From Alphaproteobacteria bacterium (GTDB lineage: Bacteria; Pseudomonadota; Alphaproteobacteria; JAAXGF01): DNA of 64,000 bases. This document shows, piece after piece, positions 28,572-38,348 of the stretch (positions are counted from its first letter, which is position 1; the number at the start of each line of letters is the position of its first letter). Position numbers and translations under genes: made by a program. The stretch lies in assembly GCA_046582565.1 (NCBI GenBank), contig JAYGED010000241.1, positions 1,071 to 65,070 on the forward strand, in the 5' to 3' direction. Below the pieces are notes generated by a model. It was given only the letters and a program-made list of their open reading frames with translations, did no database searches and had not been told where the DNA came from.

Positions 28572-28834
28572 ATACCAGCTTGCGATGATAGGGACCCATT
28601 TCACCGGGATTATTTTGCCCGAAGGCAAGGCGCGCTTTGCGCCGTAGTGCCCCCCACTTCAAGCGAAGCGCAACGCGGCATTCGGGCAAAAGAACCCGGC
28701 CTCCGGTGGCATGAAACCGGCCATCGGGTGCGTTGCGACGCTTGCCCGATACGAGGTATCGCGCTGCGCAACGCGCCTGCCCGAATGGCCGGTTTGATGC
28801 CATGAAATGGGTTCCTATCATCGCAAGTTGGTAT
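28572..28834. mobile_element. MITE/REP-like structured element: 32-bp terminal inverted repeats (2 mismatches) flanking ~200 bp with at least three further nested inverted-repeat pairs
   Basis: Left arm ATACCAGCTTGCGATGATAGGGACCCATTTCA (28572-28603) vs reverse complement of right arm (28803-28834); internal pairs TTTTGCCCGAA/TTCGGGCAAAA and TGGCATGAAACCGGCCAT/ATGGCCGGTTTGATGCCA; fills msbA-DUF374 intercistronic gap and abuts msbA stop. Confidence 0.7.
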
Positions 28835-28835
28835 C

Positions 28836-30638
28836 TCAGGCTTGTGCGCGCGCGACGCTGTTGTCTTCCACATTGTCGGCATACTGCATGAGATACATCC
28901 GGGCATAGGCGCCGTTCTGGGCGATCAGCTCTGCGTGGCTGCCCTGTTCGGCGACGCGGCCATCGACGACAAAATAGATCACATCGGCCTCGACGATGGT
29001 CGATAGCCTATGGGCGATGACCAGGGTGGTGCGGCCTTTCATGAGGGTGGCCAGGGCGTCCTGTACGATGCGCTCGGACTCGGAATCGAGCGACGATGTG
29101 GCTTCGTCGAGCAACAGGATCGGCGAGTTTTTCAACATGGCGCGGGCGATGGAGATGCGCTGGCGCTGACCGCCCGACAGCTTGACCCCATGCTCGCCGA
29201 CGATGCTGTCGTAGCCGTCGGGCAGGGCGGTGATGAAATCATGCGCAGCAGCGCCGCGCGCCGCCGCGACGATCTCGTCGTCCGTGGCGGCGATCCGGCC
29301 ATAGGCGATGTTGTCGCGCACGGAGTCGTTGAACAGGCTGACTTCCTGGCTGACCAGGGCGAGGCAGGCGCGCAGGGATTTCAGGGTGACTTCGCGCAGA
29401 TCGACGCCGTCGATGCTCACCGCGCCCGAGGCGACGTCGTAGAACCGCGGGATCAGGTTGAGCACGGTGGATTTGCCGGCCCCCGAAGGTCCGACCAGCG
29501 CGGCCGTGCCGCCCGCCGGTACGGTCAGAGTGATGCCGTTCAGCGCGGGCGCGCCGCCGTGGTAGGTGAAATGCACGTCGTCGAAGGTGATGCTCCCCTT
29601 GGATACAGCCAGTTCGTCGGCGCCGGGCTTGTCGGTGATGTCCGGCTCTTCGTCGAGCAGGGCATAGACCCGCTGGGTGGCGGCCAGGCCTTCCTGCAGG
29701 TTGGCGTTGAGGTTGGCCAGGCGCTTCATGGGCTCGTAGGCGAGCAACAGGGCGGTGATGAAGGACATGAACACCGGCATGGTGGTGTTGCCGGCGATGA
29801 CTTGCGATCCGCCATAGAAGATCACCACGGCGATGGCGATACCGCCGAGGAACTCCATGATCGGGCTGGACAGGGAGCGCACGCGAAGCGCCTTGAAGAT
29901 GATGGCGAACAGGCCCTCGACGATCTCGCCGCCGCGCTTAACCTCGTGGGCCTCCATGCCATAGGCCTTCACATGGCGGGCACCCTGGAAGGTCTCATTG
30001 AGATAGGCGGTCAGCTTGGAGACCTGTTCAAGGCCGCGGGCCGAGACCTTGCGCATGCGTTTGCCGATCTTGACCACCGGCAGCACGGCGACGGGAAACA
30101 CGAAGAAGGCGATCAGGGCGAGCGCCCAATCTCGCCAAAACATCACGGCCACGAGAAACGCCACCTTGAGGAAATCCAGCGCAATGCCGGTGAGCGCCGT
30201 GGAGACCGCGGCGCGCATCATGTTCACGTCGTTGGTGAAGCGCGAGATCAGGGTGCCCGTCTCGGTGTTGTGGTAGAAAGCGAGGTCGGCGTCCATGAGA
30301 TGGGCGAACAGGCGTTTCTGCAAATCGGCGATGATGCGCTGGCCGACGTAATGCATGAGCACCGCCTGGCCGTAATTGGCCCCTGAGCTCAGGGCAAACA
30401 CCGCAACCACCGCCAGCGGTAGGGCTAGCAGCATGGCCTCGTCCTTGTTCTCGAAGACCTCGCTCAGCACCGGCTCGATGAGCCAGGCGAGCGCCGCCGT
30501 GGTCGCCGCGACCACCACCATGCAACAGCCCGCCAGCACCAGACGCCCCACATGGGGCCGCACTTCTTCGCGCACGATCCGCCCGACCAGGTCGCGGGTC
30601 GATAGATGCGCAGGGCTCGCTGGGGTCTCTTCAGTCAC
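28836..30638 (-). CDS. msbA: lipid A export ABC transporter permease/ATP-binding protein
   Basis: Six-TM ABC exporter domain + NBD (Walker A GPSGAGKST, LSGGQRQR, Walker B ILLLDEATS); position in lipid A late operon; GTG start. Confidence 0.85.
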   Translation of the reverse strand: MTEETPASPAHLSTRDLVGRIVREEVRPHVGRLVLAGCCMVVVAATTAALAWLIEPVLSEVFENKDEAMLLALPLAVVAVFALSSGANYGQAVLMHYVGQRIIADLQKRLFAHLMDADLAFYHNTETGTLISRFTNDVNMMRAAVSTALTGIALDFLKVAFLVAVMFWRDWALALIAFFVFPVAVLPVVKIGKRMRKVSARGLEQVSKLTAYLNETFQGARHVKAYGMEAHEVKRGGEIVEGLFAIIFKALRVRSLSSPIMEFLGGIAIAVVIFYGGSQVIAGNTTMPVFMSFITALLLAYEPMKRLANLNANLQEGLAATQRVYALLDEEPDITDKPGADELAVSKGSITFDDVHFTYHGGAPALNGITLTVPAGGTAALVGPSGAGKSTVLNLIPRFYDVASGAVSIDGVDLREVTLKSLRACLALVSQEVSLFNDSVRDNIAYGRIAATDDEIVAAARGAAAHDFITALPDGYDSIVGEHGVKLSGGQRQRISIARAMLKNSPILLLDEATSSLDSESERIVQDALATLMKGRTTLVIAHRLSTIVEADVIYFVVDGRVAEQGSHAELIAQNGAYARMYLMQYADNVEDNSVARAQA

Positions 30639-30680
30639 GTGCGTAACGTCCTAAGCACTTGATCCATGGCCGCATACATA

Positions 30681-31589
30681 TCACCTGCCCGCCCCGTCGG
30701 CAAAGTAGCCGCGGCAGTACTCGGCGAAGGTTTCCACCAGGCGGGTCGGGCGCGATTGGCCGAGGCGGGCGAGGACCACCCGGCCGGGCTCGACGTCATC
30801 GGCCAGCGGGCAGCAGACCAGGGGCTGCCCGTCATAGCTCTGATCGGACGCCGGGCGGGTGACCAGCAGGGAATAGCCGACGCCATTGCCGACCATGCCG
30901 CGCACGGTCTCGAACGACGGTGAGCGGAAGCGGATATCGGGCTCGAGCCCGCGCTTGAGGAACAGCGAGGTGAAATAATCGCGGCTCGGCGGCATGTCGA
31001 GCAGCACCATGGGCAGGGGCGCCAGCTCGGCGAGGGAGACCTTGCGGCGGCGCGCCAGCGGATGACCGCCGGGCAGCAGGGCATAGGGTGCCAGGTCCGC
31101 GAGCGGCTGGAGATCGAGATCGCCGGCCAGATCGAAGTCATAAAGCAGGGCGACGGTGAAGCGGCCGCTCGCCAGGCCGCTCAAAAGCTCGTCCTGATGG
31201 CCTTCATGGAGGCGGATATCGACTTTGGGATGAGCGTCGGTGAAGCCTCGGGCGATGGCCGGTATGAAACTCGGCGCAATGGTCACGAAGCAGCCCACAT
31301 CGAGGCGGCCGCGCACGGTCTCGCCCAGGCCCCGGGCATGTTCGGCGAGCTCACCGGCATGGGCGAGCAGGCTACGCGCCTCGGCGAGCAGGGGCAGGCC
31401 GGCGGGGGTCAGCGACACCCCATGGGCATGATGGCGCAGCAACAGGCGCACACCGAGCAGGGCTTCGAGCTTGGCGATGGCGGTCGAGATGGAAGGCTGG
31501 GAAATATTGAGCGCCCGCGCCGCGCCCGCGACGCTGCCATGATCGGCGGCGGCGACGAAATATTCCAGCTGCCTGAGCGTGTAATTCAT
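30681..31589 (-). CDS. LysR-family transcriptional regulator
   Basis: N-terminal HTH (LRQLEYFVAAADHGSVAGAARALNISQPSIS) and LysR substrate-binding domain; divergent from monooxygenase operon. Confidence 0.88.
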   Translation of the reverse strand: MNYTLRQLEYFVAAADHGSVAGAARALNISQPSISTAIAKLEALLGVRLLLRHHAHGVSLTPAGLPLLAEARSLLAHAGELAEHARGLGETVRGRLDVGCFVTIAPSFIPAIARGFTDAHPKVDIRLHEGHQDELLSGLASGRFTVALLYDFDLAGDLDLQPLADLAPYALLPGGHPLARRRKVSLAELAPLPMVLLDMPPSRDYFTSLFLKRGLEPDIRFRSPSFETVRGMVGNGVGYSLLVTRPASDQSYDGQPLVCCPLADDVEPGRVVLARLGQSRPTRLVETFAEYCRGYFADGAGR

Positions 31590-31622
31590 AAAACGCGGCT
31601 CTAAGTTATCAAAAAAAACTAT

Positions 31623-31658
31623 ATCTAATTTAGATAAATAATATTTTATCTAAGATAA
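31623..31658. promoter_or_regulatory. two LysR-type dyad boxes (ATCTAATTTAGAT 31623-31635; TTATCTAAGATAA 31646-31658) in divergent LysR/monooxygenase promoter region
   Basis: Perfect palindromes with T-N11-A architecture seen directly in the AT-rich 116-bp intergenic region. Confidence 0.55.
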
Positions 31659-31705
31659 CGATTCAAGCAGAATGGCTTCAATAAATCGATTAAAGGAGCG
31701 AGGTC

Positions 31706-33163
31706 ATGTTGAAAACCGGCGATGAATATCGCGAGTCCATCCGTGATGGCCGCGATGTCTGGATGAGCGGCGAGCGCATTACAGACGTTACCAGCCATCC
31801 GGCGTTCAAGCCCATCGTCGATGTACGGGCGCGCATCTACGACATGGCCCATGAGGACGCCACCCGCGACATCATGTCCTATACGGATGCGGACAGCGGC
31901 GAGGCCAACAGCATCGGCTACAAGCTGCCCTACACCCAGGAAGACTGGCACGCCAAGCGCACCGCTATCACTGCGGTGATGAACGATATCGGCGGCGTGG
32001 TGATCCGCATGGGCGACGAGACGGCGGGCGAGATGTGGTCGTTGTATGACGGCCGCGACGTGCTCGACGAGGTCGACCCGCAGTTCAGCGCGAACATCGA
32101 GCGCCATATTCAGCATGTGCTGACCAGCGACACTTTCCATGTCTCGGCCAACACCGACCCCAAGGGCGACCGCTCGAAACGGCCCCAGGACCAGGACCCG
32201 GACATGCTGCTGCATATGGTCAAGGAGACCGATGCGGGGATCATCGTGCGCGGCGCCAAATACGAGACCGCGGCGGCCTATTCGAACCAGGCCTTCGTCA
32301 AGCCGACCATCGCCAACTGGGGCGATGCGGACCTGTCGGACTATGCGCTCGGCTTCATCTGCCCGATGAACGCCGAGGGCCTCAAGCATATCTGCCGCAC
32401 CGGTTTCGCCGGCAAGGGCCCGATCGAAGATTACCCGCTCTCCAACCGCTTCGACGAGGTCGACACCCTGCTGGTGTTCGATAATGTGCTGATCCCCTGG
32501 GAAGACGTGCTGTTCTATCGCCACACCCGGGCGGCCAGCTTCATCCGCGGCACCCTGCACCGTTACAGCGCCATGGCCTTCGTTCAGCGCATCCTGCATA
32601 TCGCCGACATGCTGATCGGCGCCGCCCTGTTCAACGTGCGCCAGACCGGCCTGGATAAGCAGCAGGCGGTGCGCGAGAAGCTGGCCATGCTGGTCTGCTA
32701 CCGCGAGGGCATCGACGCCCATCTCATCGCCGCCATCGCCACTGCCAAACAGAGCCCCGGCGGTTTGCTCATGCCCAACCCGTCCCTGCTCTATACGGGC
32801 CGGGTACATGCCTGCAGCCGGTTGCCCGAGATGGTCCATCTGGCGCGCGAGCTTTGCGGCGGGCAAATCTGCGTCACCCCGGACGCCGCCGCCTTCGCCG
32901 ATGAGGAATCAGGCCATTGGCTCGAGAAATTTTATTCGGTGAACGAGAACTGGGTTGCCGACGACCGGCGCAAGCTGCTCGCCTTCGCCCGCGATCTGAT
33001 GAATTCCGACTATGCCGGGCACCGGCTGACCTTCCAGCTTTTCGCCCAGTCGCCGCCGTTTGCCCATCTCAACGCGGTCTATAACAACTTCGATTTCGAC
33101 GGGCCGCTCGATTTCGTGCGCAACGCCGCCGGTCTCTCCGACCGCGTCATGGGAAAGGAATAG
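31706..33163 (+). CDS. flavin-dependent two-component monooxygenase, oxygenase subunit (4-hydroxyphenylacetate 3-monooxygenase HpaB family)
   Basis: ~485 aa, HpaB N/C domain organisation and conserved C-terminal segment; followed 8 bp downstream by flavin reductase; GGAG RBS. Confidence 0.75.
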   Translation: MLKTGDEYRESIRDGRDVWMSGERITDVTSHPAFKPIVDVRARIYDMAHEDATRDIMSYTDADSGEANSIGYKLPYTQEDWHAKRTAITAVMNDIGGVVIRMGDETAGEMWSLYDGRDVLDEVDPQFSANIERHIQHVLTSDTFHVSANTDPKGDRSKRPQDQDPDMLLHMVKETDAGIIVRGAKYETAAAYSNQAFVKPTIANWGDADLSDYALGFICPMNAEGLKHICRTGFAGKGPIEDYPLSNRFDEVDTLLVFDNVLIPWEDVLFYRHTRAASFIRGTLHRYSAMAFVQRILHIADMLIGAALFNVRQTGLDKQQAVREKLAMLVCYREGIDAHLIAAIATAKQSPGGLLMPNPSLLYTGRVHACSRLPEMVHLARELCGGQICVTPDAAAFADEESGHWLEKFYSVNENWVADDRRKLLAFARDLMNSDYAGHRLTFQLFAQSPPFAHLNAVYNNFDFDGPLDFVRNAAGLSDRVMGKE

Positions 33164-33171
33164 GTAGCATA

Positions 33172-33678
33172 ATGACTCGCGATCGCTTTCTCGACGCCAT
33201 GAGCCAGGCCGCCACCACGGTCTCTCTGGCCACCACCGACGGGCCCGCCGGCCGGGCCGGCATGACCGTGAGCAGCCTCTGCTCCCTGTCCGCCGGTCCG
33301 CCGTTGATCCTGGTCTGCGCCCATCACAAGAGCCGCGCCGTGGCGGCAATCCTTGAGAACCGCCGCTTCTGCGTCAATGTACTGCGTGCGGATCAATCCG
33401 ATCTCTCCGACATCTTCGCCGGCCGCATAGAATTACCCCATGGCGACAAGTTCGACTGCGCCGAATGGGGCAGCCTGGAGACCGGCTCGCCGGTGCTGGA
33501 GAGCGCCCACGCCGCCTTCGATTGCGACCTCGCCCAGCATAACCTGTGGGGCACCCACTACGTGCTGGTCGGCGAAGTCCGCGACGTTGCCTGCCTGGGG
33601 GTCTCCCGGGGCATCGGCGGCCCGTTGATCTACGCCAACCGCGCCTACTGCGTCCCGGCGCCCCTGAACGCCGCTTAA
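33172..33678 (+). CDS. NAD(P)H-flavin reductase (HpaC-like flavin reductase domain protein)
   Basis: 168 aa Flavin_Reduct fold with conserved S..S/C and GDH region; partner of preceding oxygenase. Confidence 0.7.
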   Translation: MTRDRFLDAMSQAATTVSLATTDGPAGRAGMTVSSLCSLSAGPPLILVCAHHKSRAVAAILENRRFCVNVLRADQSDLSDIFAGRIELPHGDKFDCAEWGSLETGSPVLESAHAAFDCDLAQHNLWGTHYVLVGEVRDVACLGVSRGIGGPLIYANRAYCVPAPLNAA

Positions 33679-33694
33679 GCCAGAAGGATAGGCT

Positions 33695-34171
33695 CTATTC
33701 AGCGGGCAGGTTGCTGTTGAAAATGTCGGCCGAGACCTTCCAGATACCGTCGACCTTTTGCCACACGACGATATATTTGCCGTTGTCCTTGAAACGGCCG
33801 TTTTCCGTATCAAATTCGAATTTATACCAGCCGTAGTCAGAAGCCATATCGCCCGATGCCGAGACTTCGAGGCGATTGGTGCCGAAGGTTACCGAGACGT
33901 TGGGAAGCTCGCTCCAGCTCTTCCAGACGGCGGCAACTGCGGCCGGACCTTCGATCGGCGGCGAGTTTGACGGCAGCAACAATCCATTCGACGTGTAGAG
34001 CGCCTCAATCATGGCGAAGTCGCAATTTTTAAAAGCCGCGAGCCAGGCTGCATTTCTCTCAGCGATCTACGACTTCGCGCCGTGCGCCAAGACGGGGCTC
34101 GGTGAAACCATACCGACCGTTAAAAATGCCACCGCGAATACGCAGGGCAATAAGCTTCGAAAAGACAACAT
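33695..34171 (-). pseudogene. secreted SnoaL-like/DUF4440 (NTF2-fold) protein gene interrupted by in-frame amber codon
   Basis: ATG 34171 (AGGGGGG RBS) encodes signal peptide MLSFRSLLPCVFAVAFLTVGMVSPSPVLAHGAKS, then TAG at 34069-34067 in the same frame, then IAERNAAWLAAFKNCDFAMIEALYTSNG... (typical DUF4440 start) continuing to 33695. Confidence 0.6.
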
Positions 34172-34205
34172 TTGATCCCCCCTATGATGTTTTCAGATAG
34201 ATACG

Positions 34206-34997
34206 CTAATTGGCGTTTTCGGATAAGTCCAGCCGTTCAACCAACAGGGCGTGCAGGTCCGGCCCGGCGGCGACGATGTCCGGGAACTGGGTGTCCGGTT
34301 TGTTGAAGTTGAGACCCTCGCCGCGCGCGTCGGTGATCCGGCCGCCGGCCTCGGCCAGCAACAGAGCGGCGGCGGCGATGTCCCATTCACTCTTCGGATA
34401 GAGGGTGACGCAGGCGTCGTATTTCCCGGCGGCGACCAGGGCGAGCTTGTAGGCGATCGAGCTGATCGCCGTCACCGTCATGCCTGAGAGCTGGTTGCGC
34501 CATTCGTCGCAATCCTTTTCGGACCGGCTGGAAACCAGGCTGGCGCCTTCGATGGCCGCGGCCTCGCTCACCGCCATGGTCTCACCGTTGAGCCGCGCGC
34601 CGCCGCCAACAAGGGCTTCGAACATCTCGTCGGTGGCCGGGTTGAACAGCGCCGCAGACACGGTTGAGCCTTCTTCCACCAGGGCCGCCGAGATGGTGAA
34701 TTCCGCCCGGCCGGCGAGGAAAGCGTTGGTGCCGTCGATGGGATCGACGACCCACACCCGCTGTGCCGTGAGCCGCGCGGGATCGTCTTCGCTTTCCTCC
34801 GACAGCCAGCCGAATTCCGGGAACCGGTCGCACAGGGCGTGCTTGAGAAAATCGTTGGCGGCGTGATCGGCGTCGCTCACCCATTGGCCGGGAGACTTTT
34901 CCCAGGCCTTCGGCTCGTCTTGGAAAAAACTTAATGCCACGGCGCCGGCGGCGCGCACCGCGCTGGTCAAATGAGCATGAACGGCGGCTTCGATCAC
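34206..34997 (-). CDS. inositol monophosphatase family protein (CysQ/SuhB-like phosphatase)
   Basis: Conserved WVVDPIDGT and DAAAGLLLA-like motifs of IMPase superfamily. Confidence 0.8.
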   Translation of the reverse strand: MIEAAVHAHLTSAVRAAGAVALSFFQDEPKAWEKSPGQWVSDADHAANDFLKHALCDRFPEFGWLSEESEDDPARLTAQRVWVVDPIDGTNAFLAGRAEFTISAALVEEGSTVSAALFNPATDEMFEALVGGGARLNGETMAVSEAAAIEGASLVSSRSEKDCDEWRNQLSGMTVTAISSIAYKLALVAAGKYDACVTLYPKSEWDIAAAALLLAEAGGRITDARGEGLNFNKPDTQFPDIVAAGPDLHALLVERLDLSENAN

Positions 34998-36337
34998 GCG
35001 CCGGCAACCGTCATGCCGTCGATACGCACCGTGGGGGCGTCGATGCCGCGCCGGATGACCAGATCGTCGGCCGGGGTGAGATGAGCAAACATATCCGCAA
35101 GATTGCCGGCGACGGTCATTTCGCTCACCGGATGGGTGATTTCGCCCTGCTCGATCCAGAAGCCCGAAGCGCCCCGGCTGTAATCGCCGGTCAACGGATT
35201 GACCCCCATACCGATCAGCTCGGTGACCAGGAAGCCCTGCTCAATGGCGCCGATGAGCGCCTCGGGGCTGGCAGCACCGGGGCCCAGCGTGAGGTTCGTC
35301 GGGCCCGGCGAGGGCGGCGACGAGGTGCCGCGCGAGGCATGGCCGGTGGTCTCCAGCCCAAGCTGGCGGGCCGAGCGAGAATCGAGCAGCCATGTGGTCA
35401 GCACACCATCGTCTATGATGTTGCGCGCCGATGTGGCCACCCCCTCGCCGTCATAGGCCTTCGAGCGCAGGCCGCGCAGCCGGCGGGGATCGTCGGTGAT
35501 GACGATGCCGGGGGCGAACACCGCTTCGCCCAGGCGATCCTTGAGGAAGCTGGTGCCGCGCGCCACGGCGGGGCCGGAGATGGCGCCCGCCAGATTGCTC
35601 AACAGGCCGGACGCGATGCGCCAGTCATAGACCACCGGCATCTGGCCGCTCGACGCTTTCTTCGGGTTGAGCCTGCGCACGGCGCGCATCCCCGCGTTGC
35701 GCCCGATGGTCTCCGGGTCGTCGAGATCGGCGGCGAAGCGGGCGGTGGCGTAGTCGTAATCGCGCTCCATGGCGGCGCCCTCGCCGGCGATGACGCTGGC
35801 GCTGACGCTGTGCGAGGAAACCGCATAACCGGCGGCGAACCCGGCGCTGGTGACCAGGGATATTTTTGTGCTGCCCCAGCTCGCCCCGGCGCCCTCGGAA
35901 TTGCTGATGCCGGGAACCGCCCGGGCGGCGTCCTCGGCGGCGGCGGCGCGCAGGGTCAGGGTCTCAGGCGTCGGCTCATCATCGTCGCACAGCTCAAGTT
36001 CGGGAAATTCCGTCGCATAGCGCCCCGCATCGGCCAGGCCACAGTAGGGATCCTCCGGCGCCGCCGCGGCCATGGCCAGGGCGCGCTCGATAAGCTCGGA
36101 CAGGGCGCCCTCGCCGATGTCGGTCGAGGACACCATGGCTTGGCGCTTGCCGCGAAACACCCGCAGGCCGACATCCTGGGACTCGGCGCGCTCGATGCCT
36201 TCGGACTCACCGAGCCGCTGGGAGACCGACAAGCTGGCGCTCTCGAACATCACCCCATCGGCGGCATCCGCCCCGGCGGCGCGGGCGCGGGATATCAGAT
36301 CATCGAGCAGGTCGAGGGGATCGGGCGAGTGGGACAT
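34994..36337 (-). CDS. TldD/PmbA-family metalloprotease
   Basis: 447 aa, PmbA_TldD domain with conserved C-terminal GxxxxGD/HxxxE region; start overlaps downstream gene stop. Confidence 0.8.
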   Translation of the reverse strand: MSHSPDPLDLLDDLISRARAAGADAADGVMFESASLSVSQRLGESEGIERAESQDVGLRVFRGKRQAMVSSTDIGEGALSELIERALAMAAAAPEDPYCGLADAGRYATEFPELELCDDDEPTPETLTLRAAAAEDAARAVPGISNSEGAGASWGSTKISLVTSAGFAAGYAVSSHSVSASVIAGEGAAMERDYDYATARFAADLDDPETIGRNAGMRAVRRLNPKKASSGQMPVVYDWRIASGLLSNLAGAISGPAVARGTSFLKDRLGEAVFAPGIVITDDPRRLRGLRSKAYDGEGVATSARNIIDDGVLTTWLLDSRSARQLGLETTGHASRGTSSPPSPGPTNLTLGPGAASPEALIGAIEQGFLVTELIGMGVNPLTGDYSRGASGFWIEQGEITHPVSEMTVAGNLADMFAHLTPADDLVIRRGIDAPTVRIDGMTVAGA

Positions 36338-36401
36338 GGAGGGAACCTGGAGAGATGGGAGAGAATGCTGTGCGGAATATAGGTCCTGGGCGGCGCAGCG
36401 C

Positions 36402-37895
36402 CTAATCCCAAATCGGCTTACCGCTCCCCGGCAGGCCGAGCTTGGGCCATTTCTCGGTGACCGTCCGTATTACCTCGTCGTCCATGCGGATCAGGCGGCC
36501 CCATTGGCGGTTGGTTTCGGGCGGCAGTTTGTTGGTGGCGTCGAGGCCGATCTTGGAGCCCAGGCTGGGCTCGGGGCTGGCGAAATCGAGGTAATCGATG
36601 GGGGTGTTCTCGATCAGGGTGATGTCCCTCGCCGGGTCCATGCGCGTCGAGATCGCCCACATGACGTCTTTCCAGTCGCGGGCGTTGATGTCGTCGTCCA
36701 CCACGATGACCCATTTGGTGTAGGTGAACTGGCGCAGGAACGACCAGACCCCCATCATCACCCGCTTGGCGTGGCCGGGATAGGCCTTCTTCATGGAGAC
36801 CACGGCGATGCGGTAGGAGCAGCCCTCCGGCGGCAGCCAGAAGTCGGTGATCTCGGGGAACTGCTGGGTCAGCAGGGGGATGACGACCTCGTTGAGGGCC
36901 TCGCCGAGGATCGAGGGCTCGTCGGGCGGCCGGCCGGTATAGGTTGAGAGATAGATCGGATCGCGGCGCATGGTCATGGCGCTGATGGTGAACACCGGGA
37001 ATTTCTCCACCGCGTTGTAATAGCCGGTGTGATCACCGTAGGGCCCTTCGTCGCCGTAATCATCGAGGGAGACATGGCCCTCGAGCACAATCTCGGCCCC
37101 GGCGGGCACTTTCAGGGGCACGGTCTTGCATTCCACCAGATCGACCTTTTTGCCGCGCAGCAGCCCGGCGAACTGATATTCCGACAGGCTGTCGGGGATT
37201 GGCGTGACGGCTGCGAGGATGGTGCCCGGGTCGGCGCCGATGACCGCCGCAACGGGCAGGGGCTCGCGCTTCTCATCGGCCCAGCGGGCATGATGCTGGG
37301 CGCCGCCGCGATGCTTCAGCCAGCGCATCAGGGTTGTGTTGGGCCCGGTCACCTGCAGGCGGTAGATGCCCAGGTTGTAGCTGTCTTCGGGCCGCCCGCC
37401 CGGCCCCTTGGTGACCACCAGGGGCCAGGTGATGAGCGGCGACGGCTCGCCCGGCCAGCAGGTCTGGATGGGCAGTTTGGCGAGATCGATATCGTCGCCT
37501 GTGAGCACCACTTCCTGACAGGGCGCGGACTTAACTGTTCTGGGTTGCATGGCCATGGCCGTCTTGACCAGGGGCAGCATGGCCACCGCCTCGCGCAGGC
37601 CGCCGGGCGGTTTGGGCTGCTTGAGGAAGGCCAGGGTCTCGCCGACCTCGCGCAATTGGTCGGGCTCGCGGCCCATGCCCCAGGCGACCCGCTCGATGGT
37701 GCCGAACAGATTGACCAGCATCGGCATATCCGAGCCGATGACATTCTCGAACAAGACGGCCGGCCCGCCCTCGGCGATCAGCCGGGTCTGAATTTCGGTC
37801 ATCTCGAGATGGGGCGAGACCGGCTCGGTAACCCGCACCAGCCGCCCGTCGCGCTCGAGCCGGGCCATGAAGTCTCGCAAGCTGGAAAAAGCCAT
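36402..37895 (-). CDS. ubiD: UbiD-family (prenyl-FMN dependent) decarboxylase, 4-hydroxy-3-polyprenylbenzoate decarboxylase-like
   Basis: 497 aa; conserved UbiD core incl. metal/prFMN-binding residues region (..[25 protein letters not shown]..). Confidence 0.8.
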   Translation of the reverse strand: MAFSSLRDFMARLERDGRLVRVTEPVSPHLEMTEIQTRLIAEGGPAVLFENVIGSDMPMLVNLFGTIERVAWGMGREPDQLREVGETLAFLKQPKPPGGLREAVAMLPLVKTAMAMQPRTVKSAPCQEVVLTGDDIDLAKLPIQTCWPGEPSPLITWPLVVTKGPGGRPEDSYNLGIYRLQVTGPNTTLMRWLKHRGGAQHHARWADEKREPLPVAAVIGADPGTILAAVTPIPDSLSEYQFAGLLRGKKVDLVECKTVPLKVPAGAEIVLEGHVSLDDYGDEGPYGDHTGYYNAVEKFPVFTISAMTMRRDPIYLSTYTGRPPDEPSILGEALNEVVIPLLTQQFPEITDFWLPPEGCSYRIAVVSMKKAYPGHAKRVMMGVWSFLRQFTYTKWVIVVDDDINARDWKDVMWAISTRMDPARDITLIENTPIDYLDFASPEPSLGSKIGLDATNKLPPETNRQWGRLIRMDDEVIRTVTEKWPKLGLPGSGKPIWD

Positions 37896-37907
37896 GACCG
37901 CCGCTCG

Positions 37908-38345
37908 TTACGCCTCCAGCTCGATCTTGAGGACCACGCCGTCGACGCCGACTACCTTGACCCGGGCGCCGGCGGGCTGGTCGTCGCCCTCGACCTTCCA
38001 ACTGGTGTCGTCGAGACGCACCTTGCCGACCCGGTTGACGATGGGATCATCCAGGGTGACCACCCGGCCGATATATTGCTCGCCGCGCCGGTTCAGGGTC
38101 GGAAGATCGGTCTCCGTGGGGTGGCTCCTTTGGTAGACCCGCCAGCCGACCACCGAGCCTACCGACAACACGGCGAAGATCAGAAGCTGATTTTCCCAGG
38201 ACAGCTCAGGCGCCGCCAGCAGGACCGCGCCGACCACCCCGGCCGAGACGCCGAGCCACAGGAAGATGGCGCCCGGCGCCAGGGTCTCGATGATGATCAG
38301 GACCACGGCGGCCACCCACCAGTGCCAGAACTCAATGAGCTCCAT
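37908..38345 (-). CDS. NfeD-family membrane protein (partner of SPFH protein)
   Basis: N-terminal TM helices + C-terminal OB-fold-like domain; immediately downstream of SPFH gene. Confidence 0.75.
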   Translation of the reverse strand: MELIEFWHWWVAAVVLIIIETLAPGAIFLWLGVSAGVVGAVLLAAPELSWENQLLIFAVLSVGSVVGWRVYQRSHPTETDLPTLNRRGEQYIGRVVTLDDPIVNRVGKVRLDDTSWKVEGDDQPAGARVKVVGVDGVVLKIELEA

Positions 38346-38348
38346 GAA

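Noticed and set aside
29010-30386. 458-aa plus-strand ORF inside msbA
   Set aside because: Antisense to msbA, which has clear ABC motifs; no domain signal.
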